Origin: the human T2T-CHM13v2.0 reference genome, Homo sapiens
Direction: 5' to 3' (one strand)
Assembly: GCF_009914755.1 (NCBI RefSeq)
Contig: NC_060939.1
DNA length: 64,000 bases
Shown: positions 1 to 13,118 of the stretch, in pieces
Layout: each line of letters begins with the position of its first letter
How positions within the stretch are numbered: position 1 is the stretch's first letter
Notes under the pieces: model-generated
Seen by the model: only the letters and a program-made list of their open reading frames with translations
What the model was told of the DNA's origin: nothing
Database searches by the model: none
Made by a program: the position numbers and the translations under genes

Positions 1-94
1 ACTACCTCAGGGACTGCCAGAAATCATCTTTAGTTTCTTATTACCATTCAAAAAAACTGCTTGTTCTTTATTCTTTTCACTCACCCCTACAGAA

Positions 95-435
95 CACTTC
101 CATCATTGTTCAAGTTAATCTCTTCGAAGTACGATTCTGATCACCTCTTTTTCAAAGCCTCCAGAGATATTTAGGCACCAGGTAAACTTCTTATTCTTGT
201 ATTCAATGTCTTGTATAACAGTCTTGTATAAGGGAATCTCTTTGGAGTACTTCTATATTGGAACTTTTGCTCTGGTCCAGTTTGCTTACAACTCACTGGA
301 AAGTGTTAGGTGTTTTTATAGCACTAATACCATTTGACACACCTAGAATGGCTTCTACTTTTTTACCTTATAAATTCTTGTTAATTCTTCAATACCCATT
401 CAAATATCATCTTACTGTAAAACATTATCTGAGCT
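95..435 (+). mobile_element. Highly diverged L2 (LINE-2) fragment
   Basis: Degenerate L2 3'-region phrases (attctgatcacctc...tcaaagcctcca; ttcttcaatacccattcaaatatcatctt). Boundaries approximate. Confidence 0.35.
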
Positions 436-1502
436 TTATACAACTGGATGCTGCTGCCCCCTTCATATTTCTTTTATTGTGTTTATACCAACAGTTAACC
501 TTTGGACAGAAACTGAATCTTCAACTTTATCAGTATGTCTGCATTATATCTACTTAGCAATGCCTCATATCCTATAGGCTTTCACAGATGCTATTCAGTG
601 CCTTTGTTTTTTAGTTCCAACTACACATTGAACAGTTCTAGAGTCTTTGCTTGTCATTGTAACTTTGAGCTTGTCATAGCCCAAAGGTCTGCATTCTGTG
701 ACTAAGTGTCTTCTTTCCCCTTAAATGCATTCCCCATTTATGAATATATAAAAATTAATTTGCCTCTCTTTTTTTTAAGATAGGTAAAATACATTGCCCA
801 ACTATTTATTTTTTTTCAGTAAGTAGAAAACTTCCTAATTCTGCAGATCATGGAAAGGCCAAAAAAGTCATAATCAATAACCCTGGATCTCTATGCAAAT
901 GGTCAATGCCAGTCTGGGTTTACAGCTAACATACAGATAAAATTGCCTCAGTATACACAACTATGAACAAAAAGAACAATTATATAAGGAACTTGGACAT
1001 AAAACTAAGGATCCTAAAGTTCTCAATGAGAAAGATAAAGTAAACGACACATGGTTAACTCTCAAAATTAGCATTTTGTTTTTGCTATCAAATACTTCAA
1101 GTAGAACTCATTACTTTATAAAAAGTTAAGAACTTGCTGGATTAGGGATTAGAGCTTGTCTGATTCAGTCCCACAAAAGTGGCCCACAAGTATTTCCCAG
1201 AGAATGCCATTATTCACTTGAACCAACAACAGAAATTGCTTTTGCTAAGCAAGGTAAGAGTGAATCAAGTTTAGAAAGATACTGTCTCACTGTCTCAATG
1301 AGGAGATTGGTCTGAAAAGTCTAGAGAATGTACGAGACCAGTCTGAAGGTTAACAGACTAGTCTGAAGATAGCTGGAATAGACCAAATGCTTAGAGCCTG
1401 AATCAAATTAAAGGCAATGAGAATGGAGATTAAAAAATAGGTTGGGAAGATAAAATGAGTTAAAGCAATTATTTACTTCTCTGTCCCACATACTTATTTG
1501 CC

Positions 1503-1746
1503 ATTTTTTAATTTTAATTTTTAAATTTTGTGGTTACAATTTAGGTGTATATATTTAAGGGGTACATGAGATACTTTGATATAGGCATGCAATATGTAAT
1601 CCTTTGTGTTACAAACAATCCAGTTACACGCTTTTAGTAACTTTAATATGTGCTATTAAATTATTGATTGTAGTAGCCCTGTTGTGCTATTGAATACTAG
1701 TTCTTATTTATTCTTTGTAACTACTGTTTGTGCCCATTAACCATCC
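1503..1746 (-). mobile_element. L1MA-type 3' end fragment, heavily 5'-truncated
   Basis: T-rich tail then L1MA 3'UTR text (ggtacatgagatactttgatataggcatgcaat...gttacaaacaatccag). Flanking direct repeat ttgccattttt at 1498 and 1747 (TSD). Confidence 0.8.
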
Positions 1747-1990
1747 TTGCCATTTTTAAAGGTAATTATCTGCAAGGATTTCAGTTTAGGAAATTGAGGC
1801 CAAGATGTCAACTGAAAGCAGCAGGACAAGAAAAGCAGGCTGCTTTCCTGGCTTGTTCACGCAGGAGAACGTGAGATGCCCTTCTCCCCACTTGAAACTG
1901 AGAATCACTAGGAAGAAGAGCCAAAGAGAAGAAAGGTTGAGAGCCTCATATTAGGTAGGTTTGGCCTAGGAAATGAGAAATTCAGGCCTG

Positions 1991-2867
1991 ATAGTGTAGG
2001 AGGTATCTGAATCTCAGTATGGTATACATATTAAATACTTTTTTACATTTAAAAATTTTGTTGTGTTTCGATAAATTTTATGTATATATAATATATAATT
2101 TAATATATATTATAGTTTAATATTATATATTATGGTTTAATATATATTATAGTTTAATATATAATTATAATTTAATATATATAATATATATTATAATTTA
2201 TAACATACCACATATCACATATATGTCATGATATATATATGACATATATAGATGAATATATGTAATACATACATATATATGTAATATATGTAATATATAT
2301 GATATGTGTTATACATCATGATATATAATATATGATATATGACTTACGCTATATATGATTATATGATATATAGTATGTTAAATTATAGATGATATATAAT
2401 TATACATGACATATAACATATATAACATATGTAATATAAAACATATAACATGTAACATGTAATATATAATAATTTGTATATTATGTAATATATAATAAAT
2501 TGTATATTATTTAAATTATAAATTATAAATAAAATATGTGTTAACATACTAATATATTAAAATATAATAATATATTAATATATATTAAAATATAATTATT
2601 AATATATATTAAAATATAATTATTAATATATATTAAAATATAATTATTAATATATATTAAAATATAATTAATATATATTAAAATATAATTTATAAATTAT
2701 TTAAATGTAAATTTAAATAAATTATTTAAAATAATATATGTTAAATTATATATTATATATACATAATATTATCTATACATAAAATTTATCAACTACAACA
2801 AAATTTTAAAAGTAAAAAAGTTTTTAATATGTATACCATACTGAGATTCAAATACCTCCTACACTAT
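1991..2867. repeat. AT-rich quasi-palindrome with ~95-bp inverted arms of non-microsatellite sequence
   Basis: 1991-2086 is the reverse complement of 2774-2867 with a few mismatches. The interior is (TA)-rich and includes a ~24-bp tandem unit at ~2577-2690. Confidence 0.9.
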
Positions 2868-3977
2868 AATACATATATAATATATTATGATATATAATAT
2901 ACTAATACCTATACTATAATACTTAGATATTATATATTATAATACAGAATATACTATAATATATACTACAATACATATATAAAATGTATAAATATATATA
3001 AATTTATATAACTATTTATATAATTTGTCAAATACAATGAAATTATACATATTTATGGGGTATAAAGTAATTATTTTATCCATACACATACATACACAAA
3101 CACAATGAGGAATGATTAAATCAAGCCAAGTAACTCAACTATCGCCCCAAATACTTAACTTATTTTGTGTGTAGGAACATTTGAAACTTATTTCAATAGC
3201 AATTTTGAAATCTACCCTATTAACTATAGTCACCATGCTATGCAATGTATTACCAATAACCTGTTCTTCCTGTCTAACTGAAACTTTGCACTCTTTAACC
3301 AACATCTTCCCATTTCCTCCAGACGGCTTCTGGTAGAAGCTGAGGATAGAATGGTGGCTATGAGGTTGATTTCTATAGATTCCACACGTAAGTGAGATCA
3401 TGTAGTATTTGTCCTTCTGTGTCTGGCTTATTTTACTTAGCCTAATGATCTCTAGGTTCATACTGCTGTCACAAATGACTGAATTTCCTTCTTTACTGGG
3501 GCCTTTTCATTCAGAATATATATATTTTCCATTGTGTATATATACTATATTTTCTTTATCCATTTATCCACTGATGGACACTTAGGTTGATTCCATATCA
3601 TGGCTATTGTGATAAAGCTGCAATGAAGATGGGATTACAAGTATCTGTTAAACATACTGATTTCAAATCATTTGAGTATATGCCCACAAGTGGGATTGCT
3701 AGATTGTATGGTAGTTCTATTTTTAAGTTTTCGAGGCACCTCCATGCTGTTTTCCGTAATAGCTGCATGAGTGTACATTCCTACTGAAAGTGTACAAAAG
3801 TTCCCTTTTCTTTATATCCTCACCAACATTTTTATATTTTTGATAATAGCCATTTATAACAGGTGTGAAATTGTATCTCATTGTGGTTTTAATTTGCATT
3901 TCGCTAATGATTAGAGATGCTGAGTATTTTTTCATATACCCTTGAAAAAACTCTATTTACATTCTTTGTCCTTTGCC

Positions 3978-4402
3978 TTTTTTTTTTTTCCCCCAACAAT
4001 TTCAACTTTTATTTCAGTTTCAGGGGACCCATATGCAGGTTTGTCACCTGGGTTATAGTGCGTGATTGCTGAGGTTTGGGGTATGATTGATCCTGCCACC
4101 CAGGTACTGAGCATAGTACCCAATTGTTAGTTTTTGTACCCTTACTGATCCCGTCTCCCCCAAGTAGTCCCCAGTGTCTATTATTGCCATCTTTATGTCC
4201 ACTAGAATCCATTGTTTAGCTCCCACTTATAAGTGAAAAAATGTAGTATTTGGTTTTCTGTTCCTGTGATAATTTTCTTAAGATTATGGCCTCCAGCCAC
4301 ATCTATATTGCTGCAAAGAACATAATCTCATTCTTTTTATGGCTGTGTAGTATTCCATGGTGTATATGTATCACATTTTCTTTATACAATCTACTGTTGA
4401 TG
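3978..4402 (-). mobile_element. L1PA13-16/L1PB-type 3' fragment nested in L1MA
   Basis: Poly(T) tail, 3'UTR text (caggtactgagcatagtaccc), TSD cctttgcc at 3970-3977 and 4403-4410. Confidence 0.85.
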
Positions 4403-5235
4403 CCTTTGCCCATTTTTTAAATTGGATTATTTGCTCTCTTGTGATTGAGTTGTTTGAGTACCTTATATATTTTGAATACTAACCTCTTATCATACATATG
4501 GCTTATAAATATCTTCTCCCAATTTGTAGGTTGTCTCTTCATTCTGTTAACTCTGTTTTTTGTTGTGCAGAAGATTTTTAGTTTGGTGTAATACCATTTA
4601 TATATTTTTGCTTTCATTGACTGTGCTTTTGCAGTCAAATAGGTCAAATAAATATCTTTGCCAAGACTGATGTCAAGATTGTTTTCCCTTATGTTGTTTT
4701 CTTGTAGTTTGACAGTTTTGGATATAATGTTTAAATCTATAACCCATTTTAAGTTGATTTTTGAATACAGTGTGAAATAAGGTTCCAATTTCATTGCTCT
4801 GCATATAGATACCCAGTTTTCTCAGCACCCTTATTGAAGAGACTGTCCTTTTCCCATTGTGTTCTTGGTACTTTTGTTGCAAATCAGTTGATTGTAAGTA
4901 AGTGGGTTTATTTCTGGGCTCTCTGTTCTGTTCTATTGGTTGATATGTCTATTTTTATGCCAATATTATGCTGTTTTAATTACTATGGCTTTGTAATATA
5001 GTTTGAAATCAGATAGTTTAATGCCTACTGCTTTGTTTCTGCTCAAGATTGTTTTCGCTATTTGGGATCTTTTGTGGTTCCATACAAATTTTAGGATTTT
5101 TTTTTTTTCTATTTCTTTGAAAAATGTCACTGGGATTTTGCTAGAAATTGCATTGAATCTGTAGATTGCTTTGGGTGGTAGGGACATTTTGACAACATTC
5201 TTTTAATCCGTGAAGATGGAATACCTTTCCATTTA

Positions 5236-5893
5236 CAATCATGCACTATATAATGATGTTTTGGTCAATGATGGACCATATATATGACAGTGGTCTCATA
5301 GATTATAATGGAGCTGAAAAATTTTTATTGCCTAGTGACATGTAGCCATGGTAACACCGTAGTGCAATGCATTCATTACTCAGGTGTTTGTGTGATGCTG
5401 GTTTTAGCAAACCTAGTCTAAGGTTAATTTGGTATTGCAGAAAGAAAAATATTTTCTCTAAATTTAGTAAAACCGAAGTGTAGAGTGTTTAGAAAGTCTA
5501 CAGTAGTGTACAGTAATGTCCTAGGTCTTTACAGTCACTTGCCACTTACTCATTGACTCGTTGACTCACCCAGAACAATTTCCAGTTCTGTGACCTCGAT
5601 TTATGCCCTATACAGGTATACATTTTTTTAAATCTTTTATACCATGTTTTTACTGTACTTTTTTATGTTTAGAAACACAAATGCTTACCATTGGTGTTAT
5701 AATTGCTTACAGTATAGCATTATGCTATCCAGATTTGTAGCCCAGGAGTAATAGGCTATATCATATAGCCTTAGAATGTAGTAGGTTATACCATCTAGGT
5801 TTGTCTAAGTACATTATATGATGTCTGCACAATGACAAAATTACTTAATGCATTTCTCAGAATGTATCTTTGTTGTTAAGCAACTCATGGCTG
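5236..5893 (+). mobile_element. Tigger3-family (TcMar-Tigger) non-autonomous DNA transposon
   Basis: Termini caatcatgca... and ...catggctg, TA TSD at 5234-5235 and 5894-5895. Removing it restores the host L1 text ttccatttatttgt. Confidence 0.9.
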
Positions 5894-8593
5894 TATTTGT
5901 TTTTTTCTTCAATTTTCTTCATCAATGTTTCACAGTTGTTATATAGTTCTTTCACCTCCTTGATTAAATTTATTCTTTAAGTATTTTAATTTTTTGGTGG
6001 CTATTGTTAATGGGATTGTTTTCTTGATTTTTTTTTCAGATAGCTTGCTAATGTATGGAAACTACTGATCTGATTTTTGTGTATTGATTTTGTATCCTGC
6101 AACATTGCTGTATTCATTTATTAGTTCTAACAGTGTTTTTAGTGGAGTCTTTATAGAGTTTTCTATGTATAAGATATAAGTTCATGTCATTGGCAACCGA
6201 AGGACTTGTTCCTTTCTGATTTGGATGCCTTTTTTTTCTTTTGCCTAATTGCTCTGACACAGACTTCCGTACTATGTAAAATAGGAATGGCAAAAGTGGG
6301 TATCCTTGTCTTGTTCCTGACCTTAGAGGAAATGCTTTCAATCTTATGCCATTAAGTATAATATTGTTTGTGTTTAGAACAGTATACATCTTGTGTATAG
6401 AAAAATTACTACCCCTAAATGCGGAACAAATTAACTTTGGGGCCAAAGAAGTTACATGATTTTGCTAGAAAGGAATGGTTATGGGTACCAAAATCCTTGT
6501 TGGTTTTGAGGCATGCTAATGAACTGTGAACATGACAAAATCGAATATGCACTCTAAATTGTATAGATGCCTTGGCAAAATGTGAAAGAAACATCAATGC
6601 AGGCTTGTTAGTGGTTTCAGAAAAAACTGATTATTCTGCAAACCTTCAAACCTAAGATTAATTTTTAAAATGTGGCAATCTGGAAGGTGATCTCTAAGCT
6701 CATTTTTTTTCCTCAAAAATTTTACTGTAAGATGAGTGAGCAGTGAGAGACATGGCCAGTCTATCTCAAGCCTTGGCTAGGAAAGCACCTCTACAGTTCC
6801 AAACCTGAGTGTATCTTCAGAGAGATGGGCCCAAATGTTGGGCCAACCAGCAGGGAAGGCTGTTCTGTGTGTTGGAAAAATCACGTGGTACCCCAAAATA
6901 AGATGTAGTTTTACTGTTTTACTAAGCCCAAGGAAATAATCATGGTAAGGACCCTATACAGGTGTACCATTTTTTAAAATCTTTTAAACCTGTGGCCAAG
7001 GGAGGATGCGACCTTAAATACTGAGTATTTAAGGGCCACCATTATCAACTTCTACTTTTCCATATCAGTTTATGAGCATTTTTTCAGCATCTGAGTATTA
7101 TGAAACAGAATAGCTCAGAATTTTGGCCTGATTAATCTAAAGCATTTAGTTACACTTAAAAAAGTTTGAAAATATCTGCAAGGAGTACTGAGGTTTTCCA
7201 CTACATATCAAAGGCCTGAAAAGATTTCATCTTATGAAATAGCCCCTAGCATAAATAAGGAGAGATGTAAGCGAACAATAGATCAAAGAGATACAGGCAG
7301 ATCCATTTTGAAGAAATGGTAGATGAGGCTACATATAATAAGGTTTTAGCTGAAGCTTCTATTGATAAATTAAGGTGAGACCCCCGACTGATTTCCTAAC
7401 CAAAGCAAAACAAGAAAGTAGAATGATGCTGCTCAGGAGAGATACTGAGAAAGGAACAGAGAAAATGGCAATTTCCAAGATACTCACTAGTGTTCTGGTG
7501 ACTGGGGTAGATGAGAATTTGACTTAAAGCCATGGAAGCCCTGACAATACACAGAGGAATTCAGGAAGAGCTAGCAGAAATGCTTAAGTTCAGGCTTCTG
7601 AGAATAATATTGATAGGGGGAGACAAAGTAGATTCCCTAAGTTTGTTACTTCTTATAGGAAGATATAGTTCCCTAGGTTTGTTAATTCTTATGAGAAGGG
7701 TAACATCTGTAGTAAAGGAGAAACTCTAGGATTTGAAGGGTTAAAAGCCACTTGGTACAAGTTAGAATATCTAGAGTCCAGGGATATCAGTTGTTTTCGG
7801 CCTTTTCAAGGGCAGGTTCAGGTGTGGTGGCTCCAGGGTTAATTTCATGAAGATAGGTGGGCCCTGGATCCCTGGACAAACAACCAAGGACAGAAGAAAC
7901 TGGGTGATCAATGGAACTGAATAATAAATAACAATTGTCTATAACTTAAGCCACTTTTCAAATGTGTTATTTGGGTCCTTTGGACAGTAGAGGCAGGGAA
8001 GAAATTATAGGAGTGAAAAAGATGTATTGGGCAGTCATGCCCATGAAAGGAAAAGGGAAGAGATAGGATTGGGCAGAGGAAGCCCAATTCTATCATCCAT
8101 TTATCTTGGACCAAGATGAATCTCTGACAGTCTTTGCAAGCCCAATGGTGAGCTTCTGAGCAAAGTTTGCCCATTAGAAGAGTCCTCTGTTGGATAGAGG
8201 AGGTTCTTTTACCATAGTCTTGTTCAGTCACTGGCCGGGGCTAACACCTGAGAAGAGCCTGATCTCAGCTCAAAATCTGAGGTGGATGTGAAGGAGGCTG
8301 TCAGCTAGCCACACTTCTCACATCTGGCTAGAGTAAGTTCCTGAAGAAAAATATGCACAGCACAGCCACATTTCACATTTATGCCATAGAGTTACTTCTC
8401 CATGCCTATTTGGAGTAACTTTTCCAGGGTTCCAGTGAACCACTCACACTGAGAAAAAAGGTTGGTGGACCGTAGTATAACTCCTGTTACTGCAGTTTGG
8501 TCTCAGGATTGCAACTGATACTCATTTTCTCACTCCTCAACCAGCCATCCTAAATTTTCTTCAACTTTAGTTATCTCTGCTGGGATTGGTGAT

Positions 8594-9018
8594 TGTTATG
8601 TTTGGATATGATTTGTTTATCCCTACCAAGTCTCATGTTGAAATTTAATCCTCAATGTGATGGTGTTGGGAGGTATTTGGGTCATGGGAACAGATTCCTC
8701 ATGAATGGCGTGGAGCCCTTCTGGCAGTAGTGAGTGAGTTCTTGTTCTGGCTAGATGGATTAATTCCCTAGGAATGGACTAGTTCCCAAGAGAGAGAGTT
8801 GTTATAAAACCAGGTTGCCCTTTGAGTCTGGTCCCTCTTCATGTAGTGCCTATTTTCCCTTTGACCGTCTCAGCACAAAAGTTCTCACCAGAAGCCAAGG
8901 AGGTGCTGATACCATGCTGCTTATACAGCCTGCAGAATTGTGAGCTAAATAAACCTTTTTCTTTATAAACTTCCCAGCCTCAGGTATTATTTATAGTAAC
9001 ATGAAACAGACTGAGACA
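8594..9018 (+). mobile_element. MST-family (MSTB2/MSTC-like) MaLR solo LTR
   Basis: tg...ca termini, MST-type text, perfect 5-bp TSD gtgat. Confidence 0.9.
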
Positions 9019-9138
9019 GTGATTTACCTGCTGGTGTGACCAAACTTTCATTCCTGAGGGCCCTGAGCCCTTGGTAACCAATATTATTCTCAGGTTAGGA
9101 CTGCTGTATTCATTCCTTCACTGTCATAATTAGGCAAG

Positions 9139-9523
9139 TGCTATGGACTAAATGTTTGTGTACTCAGTACCCCCTGCCCCAGTTCCATATGTTGAAGCCC
9201 TAACTCCTAATGTGGTGGTATTTGGAGGTGAGGACTTTGAAGGTAATTAGGTTTATATGAGGTCACAAAAGTGCAGTCTTCATAATAGAATTAGTGCCTT
9301 TGCGAGAAGAGAAATCACAATGTTTTGTTTCTCTCTCTCTGCCATATGAGGACACGGCAAGAAGGTGGCTGCTTGAAATCCAGGAAAAGGGCCCTCACCG
9401 GGCATCTAATCTGTTGGCTCCTTGATGTTGGACTTCTCAGCCTCCAGAACTGTGAACAATACAAGTCTGTTGTTTAAGTCATCCAGTCTACAGTAGTTTG
9501 TTATAGCAGCTTGAGCTAAGTCA
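9139..9523 (+). mobile_element. MLT1A-like MaLR solo LTR
   Basis: tgctatggactaaatgtttgtg...gctaagtca, perfect 5-bp TSD gcaag. Confidence 0.88.
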
Positions 9524-12321
9524 GCAAGGGAATACCAAGAGGTGCCCAAGTGGATTGCCTGGGTTCTGTACATATTCCTCCCTACATTTTCATTCTTCTC
9601 TATTGCTTTTGAGTAATGTGATCATGCCTCATCCTGCTTCTTAGGATCAATTGCTACCAAGATGGTGACTCCTCTTGTGTGCTCATTCATGGGCACAAAA
9701 CGTTCAAAGTTCTCAGGAGTCAGCTATATCTTGTAGTGCAATAAGATTCTTTCTGTGTCCCCCAGCAAGACTGTATCCTTTTTGGTGAGCAGAAAATCTA
9801 ATTCTGCAGAGCTGAGAATTATGGAGGTAAAAACACAAAGTCCTCCAGTGGTTCAATAGTCATTGCAAATTAAGTCATTCCTGCTTTCACCTTTTGGTTC
9901 CAGGGCCCGTATACTCTTTCTGTTTGGGACACAGTGCCAAAAACAGGCATTCAATCCTCTCAGAGTATTTGTTCAGAGCTTGTGCTTCAGCTGTACCTTC
10001 AGCAAACCATTCCAATATTTTATGAGGCCAGCAGATGTGTGGTACAGGATGTGATATAATCAATAGATCCTGTGAACATGGGCCCCCTCACACACTTCCC
10101 CTGCTGTGAAGTAAGCTCATTGGCCAGATGCTATGCTCTATGGAATTTCATTCCTTTGGATCAGGTACTTTGTAAATCACCGGAGCTCCTGCTGGCTGGG
10201 GCTCCATAGGTTGGAAGGGCAAATCCACCTGGAATAAGTCTATTCATGTGAGAGCAATTCAACAGTATTTTCAGGATAGCAGTGGCCTACTTTAGTGAAC
10301 TCATTACCAAGAGGTCAATTGTTTTCCTCAGGGAATGGTGCCATGCTGGGTCTCAGCTTTGTTTTCTGTTACTGGCATGTGGAACATCAGAGCTGGCAGA
10401 TGCAGGATCAACTCTGGTAAAGACATCTGTGCTAATGGGTCCAAACATAAATTCTTTCATTGCTACCATGGTCATTTCATTCATGTTTCTATCATGCCAG
10501 CACTGGGTGGCTGCTGACAAAAGTGATATCAACAGGCTGAGTCATTTTGCCTATTTAATTGTGTAGTGCCTCTTCCAAGGTGAATCCTTTTTGGCGGGCA
10601 TAAATGTTATATGAAAATTTATAACTTTGTGCACATTACTATGTCTCTCCATGCCTCTTTTCTAGACTTGCTTTTCTTTGATCTTCCCATTATTTTTCCT
10701 ACATATATTATAACCTTGGACCACTTTACCTTCCACACAAAATAGATGCCAGGTGTACTTTTAAAGCATTGCCCACTAGGATTTTCTATCTGTACTGTCT
10801 TGCCAGGCCATTCCTGAGTGAAACAGCTGTCTATTTTTTGTCTTGCAAGCATGTACTGAGCTAACCCAAACATAAATCAAGTTCATAATTTTCCCTCCTT
10901 ATTTATCTTGTCAAAGTGCAGTAGGGGTACAGTAGTGGTGAGTGATGTGGGAATCTGGGCTATCTGCTCATGGTGTTGCATGTGCTCTTGGTCCTGCTCA
11001 TGTTTGGTCTTGAATGTGTCATTTCTATATTACTATGTATTCCTCTGAGCTGACCAAGTTTTATGACTTGGAGGATGCCAGAAGGATACAGCTCTCTATG
11101 GGCATTTCTGGATGTATGGGCACTTGGTATCCCACAGTCAAGCACTCCATTTATACTGAAGCTCAGAAACGTGCCAACAGCTGTTTATCAAACAGTAGGT
11201 AATTCTTTGCTGCAGATGGCATATCTTTGTTTTAGAAACACTGGATCTTCTGTTGTGAATGTATATGGTTGTCTCTTCATGTGAAGGCAAACTGTGTCTG
11301 ACATTCTTGTTTGGGATATAAAATAACTCACTTCCAAATCAGTAGTTGAATATCACATAAATGCTCTAGCAATGACACCATGACCAGCATGAAAATTATG
11401 ATTGGGACTATCACTTGGTTGAACTTGTCATTTTATAGATTTATAGTCATTTATAGTCACTTTATAGATTGCATCTGGTGTCTGCAGGGGGCAGCTGAGG
11501 AATATAAGGAAACTATGAAAGAAACCACCACCTTTGCATCCTTTGTATGTTTAATTCTGATAGTTTTTACCACACCTACCACACCATGAAATATGACACT
11601 GTTCTTGATTTACTACCTTGATTAGGGAGTTGGGAGGGGATAGCTTCAGAAACTTCCAGTTGGCTTATGGGGGAACAGCTATAATAGTGGAAAAGCAAAA
11701 GACCAAGTGAGGGTTACTTCAACTGCTAGGTATACAATTCCAATTACACAGTAGGTAACTAGAGAAATGACCACTGAATGTGTTCAGGGATCCAGTGGAT
11801 TCACCATAAGCTGAACTTTTGTCAGGACTTCACTTACTACCTATACTCTTTATTCCCTCATTCTAAATGGGAGCTATGACAGTGCTTCAGGTCTCTGAGT
11901 ATCAAGGACTTTCTGAGAGCCATAGGACACACAAGGTCTGAGTTGTCAGAATGTTCTCTTTTCCCCATTGTGCAGTTATCTGAGTAAATAGCATTGTTCA
12001 ATTTTGGAAAAGACCTGGGGAATAATTTCAGTATACATTTGCTATAATGTTTCAGGGTCCTTTGTCCTTGTGACCTGGCTGCCATTTTAGTTATCAGGTT
12101 ATAGGTTTGTTTGAAAACTGGCTTAAGTCTGGAAACTGGGCAAGGGATTTTAATTTTTTATTTGGTGATAAGTTTTAGCTTTCTAGTCATTCATTCGTTT
12201 GGTATTTTATTTTCACTCATTATTTTCACTGGGTTCCCACCCATTTTCCCCATAGGGAGCCATGTTCTACTAACTATCTCCACCACTCTGTGGGTCAAGC
12301 CTCGTTGGCTGTCACCATGAG

Positions 12322-12683
12322 TGTATTAGTTCATTCTTACACTGCTAATAAAGACATACCAGAGACTGAGTAATTTATAAAGGAAAGAGGTTAACTGGCT
12401 CACAGTTCAGCATGGCTGGGAAGGCCTCAGGAAACTTACAATCATGATGGAAGGAGAAGCAAACATGTCCTTCTTCACATGGCAACAGCAAGGAGAACTG
12501 CCAAGCAAAAGGGGGAGAACCCCTTATAAAACCATCAGATCACGTGAGAATTCACTGACTATTACGCGAGCAGCAGCATGGGGGTAACTGACCCCATGAT
12601 TCAATTACCTCCCATAATGTGGGGATTATGGGAATTACAATTCAAGATGAATTTGGGTTGGGGACACTGCCAAAAAAATACCA
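12322..12683 (-). mobile_element. THE1 (THE1C-like) solo LTR
   Basis: tgtattagttcatt...ctgctaataaagacatacc...cccttataaaaccatcagat, TSD atgag/gtgag. Confidence 0.9.
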
Positions 12684-13000
12684 GTGAGGTTACTTGCTGT
12701 TGTGGTAATTGAGATGTCCTGGCTTCTGGGAGTTAAGTGTGCTGCCAGCTAGCCTGTATTGCTTAGGGGCTCCTTCCTCACATTATTGTCAATAAGCCAA
12801 GCTCTACAACAACCTCTCCTACTGTCAACCCTGGCTGAACTTTTAAGTGATGCTGCTGTCTCCTTACTAGCACATTTCTGATGACCTTGGTGAATAGTGT
12901 GCCTTTTCAGTCTTCTCATGCAATTTAATTTTCTAGTGGGTCTTCTGGTCTCATATAATGGGTTAATTCCAGCAATGTCCACTTTCCTGAGACTTCTACC

Positions 13001-13118
13001 TATTTTTTTAAAATATTTTTTATTGTTGTAAGAACACTTAAGATTTACCCTCTTAACAAATGTTTAAGTCCACATTATAGTAATGTTAACTATAAAAACA
13101 GTATTGTATACCACATCT
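13001..13118 (-). mobile_element. Short L1MA/MB 3'UTR fragment
   Basis: gtaagaacacttaagatttaccctcttaacaaa...gttaactata is typical L1MA9/10-type 3'UTR text. Confidence 0.6.

Larger units (their letters stand above)
3020..6385 (-). mobile_element. L1MA-class LINE-1 (3'UTR plus 3' ORF2), interrupted by a younger L1 and a Tigger3
   Basis: ORF2-like peptides on the minus strand ([18 protein letters not shown]; LKAFPLRSGTRQGYPL; MQIKTTMRY) and L1MA 3'UTR sequence at 3020-3480. Confidence 0.9.

Noticed and set aside
2577-2690. Regularly spaced ~24-bp repeats
   Set aside because: A/T-only tandem units without unique spacers or cas genes in eukaryotic DNA. This is a minisatellite, not CRISPR.
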